A stretch of DNA of 56,020 bases from Gammaproteobacteria bacterium. GTDB taxonomy: Bacteria > Pseudomonadota > Gammaproteobacteria > JACCXJ01. The notes under the pieces are model-generated. The model was given only the letters and a program-made list of their open reading frames with translations, made no database searches and had not been told where the DNA came from. The translations under genes and the position numbers were made by a program. This document shows, in pieces, positions 16,616-25,665 of the stretch. Numbering within the stretch: the first letter of the stretch is position 1; each line of letters starts with the position of its first letter. Location: positions 1 to 56,020 of the forward strand of contig JBOIDT010000002.1 of assembly GCA_050740755.1 (NCBI GenBank), written 5' to 3'.

Positions 16616-18058
16616 TTGAGGCCGCTAGGCAGGGCTCTCACCGTGATTGCAATCATCGAGCTTAGCGCCGGCGGCGGCCCGGCGGTCGCCGACGACCGGG
16701 GGGAGATCAAGGCGTTGCACGAGACGGTGAGGCAGTTGCAACGCCAGATCGATGAACTTCGAGAAAGGCTACCCACGCCGAGCGAACGGGAGGAAAGGTT
16801 CCGGGACGAGGTGAGGACGCTCCGGGAGGAGCTGAGCGAGCTTCGCTCGCGGGCGATGCCGGTGGAACCCGTCCAAGAGATAAAACGAATCACCGAATGG
16901 GTCTGCGAGCACGGGCACACGTTCTCCGCCGCGCCGGAAGGTGGGCGCTGCCCATTCGATCAGACTCCAGTCGTCGCCCGTCTCGAGTATCGAAAGGTGA
17001 AGCTCGACCGCCGCGAGACGGTCTCGGAGAAAATCGAAGCCCGGCTCGCCAAAGAGGCGCGCCGCGGCGTCGCGCTCGGCCTCTCCGCCACGGGCATCGT
17101 GCAGCAGACCGCCGGCGCAGGGCCTGACCGACTCCGGGGCGTCGGCTCCGCGGACGTCATTTTGCTCGCGCGTCCCGCCCTGGAGACCACCTTCTTCGTG
17201 GATCTCGAGGCCATCGGGGGTGACGGACCCGATCCCTTGCTGGGCTCGGCCTCGGGTCTCAACGCCGACGCGGGATCTCTCCAGGATTCGGATCTGGCCG
17301 ACCGGGTGACCCTGCGCGAAGCCTGGCTGGCGGCGACGTTCTTCGGAGGTCACCTGAGCGCCGTCGGTGGAAAGCTCGACCTCACGAACTACTTCGACCG
17401 TAACGCCGCCGCCAACGACGAGACCCGCCAGTTCATTTCGGGCATGTTCGTCAACAACCCGCTCCTCGGCCAACCTGTCCAGGGCGTGGGCCACCAGGCG
17501 AACGCCCCTGGGCTCCATTTCGCCTGGGATACGTTTCGCGAGCTCAAGTTCGGGATCGGAGCGCAGGCGCCCGAGGACTCGGGCGACGCGCTCGGCCGGA
17601 CCCCGTTTCTGATCGGCGAGATCGACTACTCGACCTCGATGCTCGGGGGGCCCGGCAACTACCGGCTGTGGGGCCGGCGCAACGGCGGAGACGATCGTTC
17701 CGGCGCAATCGGTGCCAACTTCGACCAGTCGGTGGGCGCCCGGGCTCGTGGTTTCGGTCGATACGGCTTCCAATTCGGCGGCCGGGAACGAGATCGGCAC
17801 GCGTGGAGCCTGGGGCTCGGGCTGCAAGCTCTGCCGACCCTCCGTCCCCGGGACGAGACCGGCCTCGCCTACGGCTGGCTACGCGCGGCGAATGGCCGAG
17901 TCGAGGATCTCGCGGAGATCTACCACCGTTTCTACTTGACCGACCACCTCTCTCTGAGCCTGCTCGCGCAGTACGTCTTTCACCTCGCGGGCGACGAGGA
18001 GATAGAGCCGCTGGAGGGCGTATTCCTCGGCGGTTTTCGCACCCAGGTGAATTTCTGA
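16616..18058 (+). CDS. Outer-membrane porin, OprB (carbohydrate-selective porin)-like beta-barrel with an N-terminal coiled coil
   Basis: A TTG start at 16616 gives the signal peptide MRPLGRALTVIAIIELSAGGGPAVA/DD. A heptad-like segment (LHETVRQLQRQIDELRERL...LREELSELR) follows. GKLDLTNYFDRNAAANDETRQFISGMFVNNP is OprB-like. The C-terminal RTQVNF is a barrel signature. An alternative ATG at 16493 is homologous to the btuB start, but its codon usage up to 16615 looks non-coding. Confidence 0.65.
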   Translation: MRPLGRALTVIAIIELSAGGGPAVADDRGEIKALHETVRQLQRQIDELRERLPTPSEREERFRDEVRTLREELSELRSRAMPVEPVQEIKRITEWVCEHGHTFSAAPEGGRCPFDQTPVVARLEYRKVKLDRRETVSEKIEARLAKEARRGVALGLSATGIVQQTAGAGPDRLRGVGSADVILLARPALETTFFVDLEAIGGDGPDPLLGSASGLNADAGSLQDSDLADRVTLREAWLAATFFGGHLSAVGGKLDLTNYFDRNAAANDETRQFISGMFVNNPLLGQPVQGVGHQANAPGLHFAWDTFRELKFGIGAQAPEDSGDALGRTPFLIGEIDYSTSMLGGPGNYRLWGRRNGGDDRSGAIGANFDQSVGARARGFGRYGFQFGGRERDRHAWSLGLGLQALPTLRPRDETGLAYGWLRAANGRVEDLAEIYHRFYLTDHLSLSLLAQYVFHLAGDEEIEPLEGVFLGGFRTQVNF

Positions 18059-18080
18059 CACCAAGAAAAGGAGAAATGAA

Positions 18081-19289
18081 ATGAAGACAGATGCAAGATC
18101 GATGGCGCGGCGGATCGCCGTCGCGCTCGCGACGTGCGGGACCTTGATGATGGCTACGTTGCCTAGCCAGGCAGCGGGCGTGGACGCACAAACGACGCTC
18201 TTCGTCACCAACCGGGACTCGAGCGACGTCACGATGATAGACACGAGAAGCGACCGGATCGTGGGCCGGATCGCGCTCGGCGAGCTGGTCAATCCCCACA
18301 TGGCGATGGTCACTCCCGACGGCAAGCGCCTCCTGGTCGCGGGGACGAGGCGGAACCAGGCCTTGATCGTCGACCTTGCGGCCTTGGAGGTCGCGAAGCG
18401 GATCCCGATCGGCATTGATCCCGAACACTTCGACATTTCGGACGATGGCAGGCTTGCGCTCATGGGAAATCTCGAAGAGGGCACGGTGTCGGTCCTGGAC
18501 CTGGTCGCAGGGATCGAGATCAAGCGCATGGGCGACTTCTCGGAGCCCCACGGCTTCGCCTTCCTGCCCGGCGGGAAGAAGGCCTACGTATCGAGCTTCG
18601 GCGCTCACGAGGTCGCCGCCGTCGCCACCGCCGCCGTGGAGACGATCGCGATCGCGCGAAGATTCGCGGTCGGATCGAGTCACCTTCTTGCCGGCGCTAA
18701 CCCGGATCGCTACTTGACCGAGATCAAGGGGATCGCCAACCCGACCCCGACCCTCGACGGGCGATTCGTGTACGCCGCCGACGGCGACTCCGGAGAAATA
18801 GCGGTGATCGACACCGCGACCGACCAGGTCGTGAAGACGATTCGGGTCGGCGAGGAGCCCTGGCGGGCCTACCCCTCTCCCGATGGCGCGAAGATGCTCG
18901 TGCCCAACAACGGCGACGAGACGATTTCGGTGATCGACGTCGCGAAGCAAACCGTGATCGCCACACTGCGCGGAGGGCCCGGCATGACCGGTATCAACTT
19001 CGACCTCAAGGGCCGCAAGGCCTACGCCTTCAGCTCGGGCGAATACGGGACGGTCCTCATCTACGATCTCGCGGACCTGCGGGAAGCCAGTCAGAGACGC
19101 CTCGGCCCGAACTTTAGCCTGGAGACCGCGACGACGACCCCCGACGGTCGAAAGATCTATCTCGCGTCTTCCACCGACAACTCGGTCTACGTGATCCACA
19201 CCGCGACCGATGAGATCACGAGGATCCCGAACGTCGGTGCGTCGCCCTGGGCGACGACTATGCTCGGGACTTACCAGTACTGTCACTGA
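18081..19289 (+). CDS. Secreted YVTN-family beta-propeller repeat protein
   Basis: AAGGAG RBS. Signal peptide ...ATLPSQA/AG. Repeated approximately 40-aa units (LFVTNRDSSDVTMIDTRSDRIV, YAADGDSGEIAVIDTATDQVVKTI, LVPNNGDETISVIDVAKQTVIATL, YLASSTDNSVYVIHTATDEI). Confidence 0.75.
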   Translation: MKTDARSMARRIAVALATCGTLMMATLPSQAAGVDAQTTLFVTNRDSSDVTMIDTRSDRIVGRIALGELVNPHMAMVTPDGKRLLVAGTRRNQALIVDLAALEVAKRIPIGIDPEHFDISDDGRLALMGNLEEGTVSVLDLVAGIEIKRMGDFSEPHGFAFLPGGKKAYVSSFGAHEVAAVATAAVETIAIARRFAVGSSHLLAGANPDRYLTEIKGIANPTPTLDGRFVYAADGDSGEIAVIDTATDQVVKTIRVGEEPWRAYPSPDGAKMLVPNNGDETISVIDVAKQTVIATLRGGPGMTGINFDLKGRKAYAFSSGEYGTVLIYDLADLREASQRRLGPNFSLETATTTPDGRKIYLASSTDNSVYVIHTATDEITRIPNVGASPWATTMLGTYQYCH

Positions 19290-19307
19290 GCCGGCCCGCG
19301 GACGCCA

Positions 19308-20102
19308 ATGCAGTTCCGCCTCTTCTGCGTCATCGCGCTGGCTCTCGTGATCGGTCCTGCCGGTGGACGCGCGGCCGACTCCGGCGGTGAGGATGCCCGG
19401 GCGGCTCGATTGCGGGAGATCGTAGAAGAGCACTTCCTGGGGCAGTGTTGCACCGCCTGCGGCACGAAGTGCTCGGTCGAGGAGATCCTTGCGTCTCTCG
19501 ATCCCGCGAGCCAGATGGTGATTGGTCCCGCGCCCGATCTCGACTTCATCCGGGGCCTTTCGCCCGACGTCCCGCCTCCGGAGGTGCAGGTCGATTCGGG
19601 CGGCGGGGTGTCGATCCGGCTCGCTTCCTTCGGCAGGCGGACCGGCCGCCAGTTTCTGGCGGCGACCGGATCGCTCGACCCTTCTCGGCTCTCATCGATG
19701 AGGCTCGACCTCCGCGGGAACGGCGGCGGTTGCCTCGAAAGCGCGCTCGAGATCGCCGGGGCCTTCGCCCCTCGCGGAGCGCTCCTCCTCGATATCGCGG
19801 GCCGCTCGGGCGTGCGCATTTTCCAAAGCCGCGGCCCGCGGCGCTTCGCCGGCCTGCCGGTCCAAGTGCTGGTCGACGAGAGAACCGCGAGCAGCGCCGA
19901 AGTTCTCGCATGGCTACTCCGCCGCTACGCGGGTGCCCGGATCCTCGGGCGGCGCACCGCCGGCAAGGGCACGGTCCAGGAGGTCTACCGGGTCGATCCT
20001 CGCGCCCGCCTGGTCCTGACGACCGGCGTCTACCGTCTGCCGGACGGGACCCCGCTCGGGGGCACGGGCATCGAGCCCGATTCTGAGGAGCGAAACGAAT
20101 GA
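19308..20102 (+). CDS. Secreted S41-family (C-terminal processing peptidase-like) serine peptidase domain protein lacking a PDZ domain
   Basis: Signal peptide MQFRLFCVIALALVIGPAGGRA. LDLRGNGGG, VLVDERTASSAEVLA (Ser nucleophile context) and RRTAGKGTVQE (Lys). Cys-rich GQCCTACGTKCS near the N-terminus. Confidence 0.65.
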   Translation: MQFRLFCVIALALVIGPAGGRAADSGGEDARAARLREIVEEHFLGQCCTACGTKCSVEEILASLDPASQMVIGPAPDLDFIRGLSPDVPPPEVQVDSGGGVSIRLASFGRRTGRQFLAATGSLDPSRLSSMRLDLRGNGGGCLESALEIAGAFAPRGALLLDIAGRSGVRIFQSRGPRRFAGLPVQVLVDERTASSAEVLAWLLRRYAGARILGRRTAGKGTVQEVYRVDPRARLVLTTGVYRLPDGTPLGGTGIEPDSEERNE

Positions 20103-20129
20103 GTCCCGCGAAGCTCCAGGCCTACGCTG

Positions 20130-20268
20130 GCTGCCGATACCGTGACCGAGATGCAGGCCGTCAAGCACGCCTTCAAGGCGGGCATCCGGGCCCAGAAAGG
20201 CATAGAATTCTGACCGCCCAAGGCGTCCGCGTAGTCCGCGTAGGGGCACCCCTCGTGGGTGCCCCCAT
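20130..20268. repeat. Direct repeat copy 2 of the cobO 3' end plus hairpin
   Basis: Aligns with 15986-16118, roughly 85-90 percent identical by eye. Contains a 9-bp tandem TCCGCGTAG x2 and a perfect hairpin GGGGCACCC-CTCGT-GGGTGCCCC (20243-20265). Confidence 0.8.
20131..20213 (+). pseudogene. cobO 3'-terminal fragment (last ~27 codons and stop)
   Basis: Encodes ...ADTVTEMQAVKHAFKAGIRAQKGIEF*, versus the intact cobO ending ...ADTVTEMRAVKHAFEAGVRAQKGIEL*. Confidence 0.8.
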
Positions 20269-20318
20269 CGCTAGAAGCGCATAGCGCTGAACGCCCAAGG
20301 CCTTCGACGGAGGTCGCC

Positions 20319-20867
20319 ATGAATGAAACGCAAACGCCCCGCCGCGAGATCGTCGACAACCCGGACGGGACGGTGACCGAATACACCGATTTCGAGCCCG
20401 CGGAGCCACAGATGCAAAGGCTCGCCGATCTCCTGTTCAAGGAGCACTGGGGCGAGATCACCGTGGGGCCGTGCATTCAGGGCGCGGTTTTCGAGATCCG
20501 GTTCAAGGATCCGCCCAAGGTCTCGCTCTTCGATGGCTATCTGACCGTGGACCTCGGTCACTGGCACTTCCACCTCTGCATCGGGACGCACAAAGGCACG
20601 CCCTCGCCGGAACTGGCGGCGAAGCGCCGCGTGGCGCGCGCCGCGTTCTTCGAGACGCGCGGTGGAAAATGCGGCGGGGGCCGGAGCTGGGGCCTGCGCC
20701 TCTGGAACGGCTTCGGCGAGCAGATGACCACCGTGTTCCTCCCGAGCCCGTTCTTGTCGGAGGACCTCAAGGTGCTGAAAGAGCCGCGCTGGGAGCGGCT
20801 GCGCCTCTGGTACGCGCTGCGCGAGACGTTTCTGGGCGAGCCGATGCCGGAGGACTTGAACGGCTGA
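20319..20867 (+). CDS. Conserved hypothetical protein (GHWHFHLCIG motif)
   Basis: GGAGG precedes the ATG at 20319. 182 aa with good coding composition and no family recognised. It would directly follow cobO if the cassette were removed. Confidence 0.55.
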   Translation: MNETQTPRREIVDNPDGTVTEYTDFEPAEPQMQRLADLLFKEHWGEITVGPCIQGAVFEIRFKDPPKVSLFDGYLTVDLGHWHFHLCIGTHKGTPSPELAAKRRVARAAFFETRGGKCGGGRSWGLRLWNGFGEQMTTVFLPSPFLSEDLKVLKEPRWERLRLWYALRETFLGEPMPEDLNG

Positions 20868-21102
20868 GCCTGTATCATCCGAGGCGGCACCGCAAGTAAC
20901 TGACTGGACGGGATCTAGGCGGCTGTCTGTGTAAGTTGACTTACGAGAACTGACCGCGCGAAGTGGGGGAAAGATAGCGAATTTAGGGCGCCACGGGCGA
21001 TCACTTCCGCTTTCGCGTCAGCACCCAGTGGAGCCCGAAGGCGACGGCCAAGCCGACGTGCGGGCGGGATCCACGTGCCGGGGAACGCGGGGAGTAGAGG
21101 GG

Positions 21103-21330
21103 CTAGTCGGTCAGCTCCAGACGCCGTTCGATACGCTCGATGCGTGCATCGATGGCTCGAAAGCGGTCGTGGCCGGCATAAAACGCTGTGGCCAGGCCGG
21201 CCACCTGTTGCCCGAGGGCGCTGATCTCGAGACGTAGACCTGTCTGGCCGTCCTTGAGCTCGGCGATGTCCTTGCGGATCGCGCGAAGCTGCTCCAGCGC
21301 CAGGTTGTTGTCGCTCTCGGTGTCGCTCAT
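21103..21330 (-). CDS. Small coiled-coil hypothetical protein
   Basis: MSDTESDNNLALEQLRAIRKDIAELKDGQTGLRLEISALGQQVAGL...IERIERRLELTD is heptad-like. The upstream extension in the track is Pro/Gly-rich junk. Confidence 0.45.
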   Translation of the reverse strand: MSDTESDNNLALEQLRAIRKDIAELKDGQTGLRLEISALGQQVAGLATAFYAGHDRFRAIDARIERIERRLELTD

Positions 21331-21492
21331 GTCTTCCCCTTCTTCCCCGCCCGGGGGATCTCGGTGGTGCGGAGGGGGCGGGGCACCGTGCCGCGTTTCT
21401 CCGTGACATCCATTGTTGGGGTTCATTGCATTCGCCCCAACCTACAGGGCCTCCGGCCATGCGAGCACGGCGCTCGGGGCCGCTCGCTCGCG

Positions 21493-22356
21493 TTACCGCC
21501 GCAAAAGAAAATCGGCCCAGATCCCCGCGAACACCGCGGCCCCCAGCCAGTGGCTCGTGCGGAAGGCGCGCAGGCACCCTTCCGCGTCCCGCCCGCGGAT
21601 GAGATATTGATGATACGCGCACAGGCCGGCCGCCACCGCGACGCCCAGGTGGTAGGGGAGGCCCAGCTTGGCCTTTGAACCGACGACGAAGAGGACCGCC
21701 AGCAGGAGGGCCTGGACAATCCCGATGATCAGACGATCGGCCTCGTCGAAGAGGATCGCGGTGGACTTCACGCCGGCGCGGATATCCTCCTCGCGGTCGG
21801 CCATGGCGTACATGGTGTCGTAGACCACGGCCCATAGCACGGTCGCGATGTAGAGCAGCCACGCGATCCGCGGCGTGCCCCCGGTCTGTGCCGCGAAGGC
21901 CATGGGCACCGCCCACCCGAAGGCCATCCCGAGGTGGACCTGGGGCAGATAGGTGTAGCGCTTGCTGAACGGGTAGGTAATCGCGAGCAAGGCGCCGCCG
22001 AAGGCCAGGAGGATGGTCAGTGGGTTCATCGTGAGGCACAGGAGATAGGCCAGGGTCACGAGCGCGATGAACACGTACAACGCCTCGCGCGGGCCGACCC
22101 GGCCGGCGGCGATGGGCCGGTCCCGGGTGCGCGCCACATGAGGATCGAAACGGCGGTCGGCATAGTCGTTGATCACGCAGCCCGCCGAGCGCATCAAGAC
22201 CACGCCCAGCACGAACACCACGACCACCCCGGGATCCGGCCGGCCCAGGCCGGCGATCCAGAGCGCCCAGAGCGTCGGCCACAGGAGCAGGAAGATCCCG
22301 ACGGGTTTATCCAGCCGCATGAGGCGTGCGTACTGCCCCGCCCGCTCGCGGATCAC
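21493..22356 (-). CDS. ubiA: 4-hydroxybenzoate polyprenyltransferase
   Basis: [31 protein letters not shown] and [13 protein letters not shown] motifs. A GTG start at 22356 gives 287 aa. An alternative GTG at 22443 overlaps the recG stop (GTGA). Confidence 0.88.
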   Translation of the reverse strand: MIRERAGQYARLMRLDKPVGIFLLLWPTLWALWIAGLGRPDPGVVVVFVLGVVLMRSAGCVINDYADRRFDPHVARTRDRPIAAGRVGPREALYVFIALVTLAYLLCLTMNPLTILLAFGGALLAITYPFSKRYTYLPQVHLGMAFGWAVPMAFAAQTGGTPRIAWLLYIATVLWAVVYDTMYAMADREEDIRAGVKSTAILFDEADRLIIGIVQALLLAVLFVVGSKAKLGLPYHLGVAVAAGLCAYHQYLIRGRDAEGCLRAFRTSHWLGAAVFAGIWADFLLRR

Positions 22357-22439
22357 CGGTAGGGACGGGTGCCTCGCAATTCGCCCCGCGAGGGCCGCGA
22401 GCTTCGCGGCCGGTCGATCGGGGTTATGGCGCCTTGGTA

Positions 22440-24560
22440 TCACACCGAGCCGTAGTGTAGAGAGTCGCCGAGCCAGCGCCGGATGAGGGCCTCGACGCAC
22501 TCGGGGTGACGGCGCAAGAGCACCCGGCCGGCGCCCTCGACCACCGTGAGGAGATCCCCGTCGCGCCCGAGATCGGCGACCTTGAGGCGGTGCAGGCCGG
22601 CCTGACGCGTCCCCAGGAGCTCGCCGGGGCCGCGCAGCTCCAGGTCCCGGCGGGCGATCTCGAAACCGTCCTGCGTCCCGCGGATCGCGGACAGGCGCGC
22701 CCGCGCCGGCTCCGAGAGCGGCGCGTGATAGAGCAGCACGCAGTCGCTGTGGCGGGTGCCGCGTCCCACCCGGCCGCGCAACTGGTGGAGCTGGGCGAGC
22801 CCGAGGCGCTCCGCGTTCTCGATGATCATGAGGCTCGCGTCGGGCACATCGACGCCCACCTCGATCACCGTGGTGGCGACCAGGAGGTCGATCGAGCCCC
22901 CCCGGAACTCCCCCATGACCCGGTCGCGTTCCTCGGCCTTCATGCGTCCATGGACCAGCCCCACGCGCACCCCCGGCAGATCGTCGGCGAGCGCCGCCGC
23001 GGTGTCGGTCGCCGCCTGACACGCCAGGGTCTCGGATCCCTCGATGAGCGTACACACCCAGTACACCTGCCGGCCTTCGCCACAGGCATGGGCGATGCGC
23101 CCGATCACCTCCGCGCGGCGCGCATCGGGCACCACCACGGTGGTTACCGGCCGGCGCCCGGGGGGCAGCTCGTCGATGAGCGAGACGTCGAGATCGGCGT
23201 AGGCGGTCATGGCGAGCGTGCGGGGGATGGGCGTCGCCGTCATGATCAACTGGTGGGGTACGATGCCGTCCCGGCCTTTGTCGCGGAGCGCCAGCCGCTG
23301 CTGTACCCCGAAGCGATGCTGCTCGTCGATGATGGCGAGGCCGAGCCTTTGAAACCTCACGTCGTCCTGAAACAGCGCGTGGGTCCCGACGGTGAGGTGC
23401 AAGGTGCCCTCTGCGATGCCCGAGAGCATCGCGCGCCGCTCGGACCTTCCCAGCCGGCTCCCCAACCACCCGACCTCGATGCCGAGCGCTTCGAACCAGC
23501 CCCGGAAGCCGCGCAGGTGTTGCTCGGCGAGCAATTCGGTGGGCGCCATCACCGCGGCCTGGGCACCGGCTTCGATGGCCCGGAGCGCCGCGCAGGCCGC
23601 GACCACGGTCTTGCCCGAGCCCACATCGCCTTGCAGTAGCCGGAGCATCGGGGCGGTCTTGGCGAGATCGGCCTCGATCTCCGCCACCACCCGCACCTGG
23701 GCGGCCGTGAGGAGGAAGGGCAGGGTCGACAGGAAGCGCGCCTTAAGCCTGCCCACTGCGAGCAGTGCCGCGGAGGCGTGTGCCCGGATCTCGCCGCGCA
23801 CGCGCCTGAGGCTCAAGTGGTGCGCCAAGAGCTCCTCGAAGGCCAGTCGTCGCCGCGCCGGGTGGGCGCAAAGCCCGAGCGCATCCAAGGAGACCTCGGG
23901 CGGCGGCCGGTGCAAGGCAGTGACGGCCTCGGCAAACCCCGGCAGCCGCCATCGATCCAGGACCTCTTTGGGGAGATCGTGCGCGGCGGCCAAGAGGCCG
24001 AACGCGCGCTGCACCAGTTGCCGCAGGACCCTTTGGCTCAGGCCTTCGGTGGTCGGATAGACCGGGGTCAGGCAGTCGTCGAGCGGCGGTTCCGATCCCG
24101 CCCCCAGGAACACACACTCGGGATGTACCATCTCGAACTGATAGGGCCCCTGACTCACCCCACCGAAACAGCGCAGGCGCGGCCCCCGGGCCAGGCGCGC
24201 CGCCTGTGCCGGACTGAAATGGAAGAAGCGTAGCTGGATGGCCCCGCTCGCGTCCCGCAGCCCCACGACGAGGGCGCGGCGCCGGCCGCGGCCTTGCTCG
24301 GCATATTCCACCTGCCCCTGCACCAGGGCCGACTGGCCGAGGCGCAGATCGCGCAGCGAGGTGATGCGGGTGCGGTCCTCGTAGCGGATCGGCAGATGCG
24401 CGAGGAGGTCCTGCACCCGCAGGATACCGAGCTTTTTCAAGCGCTCGGCGGTTGCCGGCCCGACCATCTCCAGGGCCGTGACCGGCGCCTCCAGGCCCGC
24501 TACCTCGTTAAGCTGTGAGGTCGGCTCCGGCACATCGGGGCGCCGCGCGCCGTGCATCAT
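22440..24560 (-). CDS. recG: ATP-dependent DNA helicase RecG
   Basis: Wedge domain followed by helicase motifs [25 protein letters not shown] and [12 protein letters not shown]. 706 aa. Confidence 0.95.
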   Translation of the reverse strand: MMHGARRPDVPEPTSQLNEVAGLEAPVTALEMVGPATAERLKKLGILRVQDLLAHLPIRYEDRTRITSLRDLRLGQSALVQGQVEYAEQGRGRRRALVVGLRDASGAIQLRFFHFSPAQAARLARGPRLRCFGGVSQGPYQFEMVHPECVFLGAGSEPPLDDCLTPVYPTTEGLSQRVLRQLVQRAFGLLAAAHDLPKEVLDRWRLPGFAEAVTALHRPPPEVSLDALGLCAHPARRRLAFEELLAHHLSLRRVRGEIRAHASAALLAVGRLKARFLSTLPFLLTAAQVRVVAEIEADLAKTAPMLRLLQGDVGSGKTVVAACAALRAIEAGAQAAVMAPTELLAEQHLRGFRGWFEALGIEVGWLGSRLGRSERRAMLSGIAEGTLHLTVGTHALFQDDVRFQRLGLAIIDEQHRFGVQQRLALRDKGRDGIVPHQLIMTATPIPRTLAMTAYADLDVSLIDELPPGRRPVTTVVVPDARRAEVIGRIAHACGEGRQVYWVCTLIEGSETLACQAATDTAAALADDLPGVRVGLVHGRMKAEERDRVMGEFRGGSIDLLVATTVIEVGVDVPDASLMIIENAERLGLAQLHQLRGRVGRGTRHSDCVLLYHAPLSEPARARLSAIRGTQDGFEIARRDLELRGPGELLGTRQAGLHRLKVADLGRDGDLLTVVEGAGRVLLRRHPECVEALIRRWLGDSLHYGSV

Positions 24561-24585
24561 CGAGAAGTGCTGGTAACGCCCCGGG

Positions 24586-24987
24586 CTAGCGACCGAGAAA
24601 CATGACCGCGTCTATCTCGACCGCCGCGCCGCGCGGCAGGGCCGCGACACCCACGGCCGCGCGCGCCGGGTAGGGCTCGCTGAAATACCCCGCCATCACC
24701 TCGTTCACGACCGGGAAGTGGGTCAGATCGGTCAGGTAGACGTTGAGCTTCACGACGTCGGAGAGCCCACCCTCCGCGGCCTCGGCCACCGCCTCGAGAT
24801 TGTCGAAGACCCGCGCGATCTGGGTCCGGAGGTCGCCCGACACCAGCTCCATGGTCGCCGGGTCGAGCGGGATCTGTCCCGACAGGTATACCGTGTCCCC
24901 CGCCCGCACGGCCTGGGAATAGGTGCCGATGGCCTTTGGGGCCAGAGCGGTCGAAATGACGCTGCGGGCCAGAGTGGGATTGGACAT
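24586..24987 (-). CDS. ridA: RidA family (YjgF/TdcF) enamine/imine deaminase
   Basis: [26 protein letters not shown]...[39 protein letters not shown]. Three in-frame ATGs 15 nt apart (24987, 25002, 25017). The shortest form is called. Confidence 0.85.
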   Translation of the reverse strand: MSNPTLARSVISTALAPKAIGTYSQAVRAGDTVYLSGQIPLDPATMELVSGDLRTQIARVFDNLEAVAEAAEGGLSDVVKLNVYLTDLTHFPVVNEVMAGYFSEPYPARAAVGVAALPRGAAVEIDAVMFLGR

Positions 24988-25293
24988 TGGGGGATTCGAC
25001 ATTGGGGGAATGGACATTGGCTGTACCCAACAAGTTGAAGTCGATGGGCTACTAGGATAACCGCTCATCCGGCGCGGACACAGCGCCGCCTGGTCGAGGC
25101 GGGGAGTATGGAGAACTGAAACGTCACTGCGGCATCGACCGCAGCCATCAGTGCCTCCGGCACGGTCGCGGCCGCAAAGGGCCGCACCGCAAGGATGATC
25201 CGGGGCAGCTCCTGCGAACGTCCGGTGTGGCCATTGCGACCGTAGCACGAGACCGGCGTTAGCGTACCCCTGGCTAGTCTTGCTCCAATGAGA

Positions 25294-25319
25294 GTATTAC
25301 GATTAACATACGGTAATAC
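25294..25319 (+). promoter_or_regulatory. Inverted repeat, candidate operator of the AbrB-type antitoxin
   Basis: GTATTAC (25294-25300) and GTAATAC (25313-25319) in an AT-rich patch just upstream of the antitoxin start. Confidence 0.35.
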
Positions 25320-25338
25320 CTATTTCGAGGAAGCCGGC

Positions 25339-25587
25339 ATGAGCACTACCCTTACCGCCAAGGGACAGGTCACCATTCCCAAGAAGATACGCGAGGTTCT
25401 GGGTCTTGCTCCGGGCACCGCCGTCGACTTCGATGTGGACGAACAAGGACGGATCGTCATCTGTAAGGCGAGCGAGAAGCCTAGCCGCCCGAACCAAAGC
25501 CGCGATCGTTTTGACCGCGTCCGCGGGCGGGCCACGGTCAAGTGGCGTACGGAAGAGTTGATGCGCCTTCTGCGCGCGGACGAATGA
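25339..25587 (+). CDS. AbrB/MazE/SpoVT-family antitoxin (VapB-like)
   Basis: MSTTLTAKGQVTIPKKIREVLGLAPGTAVDFDVDEQGRIVI is the swapped-hairpin AbrB fold signature. Confidence 0.75.
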   Translation: MSTTLTAKGQVTIPKKIREVLGLAPGTAVDFDVDEQGRIVICKASEKPSRPNQSRDRFDRVRGRATVKWRTEELMRLLRADE

Positions 25588-25653
25588 GTGGTCGTCGACA
25601 CCAACGTCCTGGTGGATGGCGAACCTCTCGGTGAAGGTTATTCAGGGAAGTAA
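25588..25653 (+). pseudogene. Truncated PIN-domain (VapC) toxin remnant, 21 codons only
   Basis: A GTG immediately after the antitoxin stop encodes VVVDTNVLVD (canonical VapC start with the first acidic residue). The frame then ends after 21 codons, 13 nt from the ruvA stop. Confidence 0.6.
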
Positions 25654-25665
25654 TAATAGGTATGG

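Larger units (their letters stand above)
16119..20129 (+). mobile_element. About 4-kb inserted or duplicated cassette (riboswitch leader plus 3 genes) bounded by the cobO 3'-end direct repeats; no recombinase gene seen
   Basis: The left junction lies after CATCGCTA (16118). The right end is followed by the second cobO-end copy, which finishes with the same CATCGCTA at 20268. Confidence 0.5.

Noticed and set aside
17544-19433. 629-aa antisense ORF, and other long antisense ORFs (2109-3317, 20915-22282, 22506-23639, 30558-32036, 45938-47566)
   Set aside because: They run opposite to genes with clear family signatures and are dominated by Arg/Pro/Gly/Ala. This is the typical shadow-ORF pattern in GC-rich genomes.
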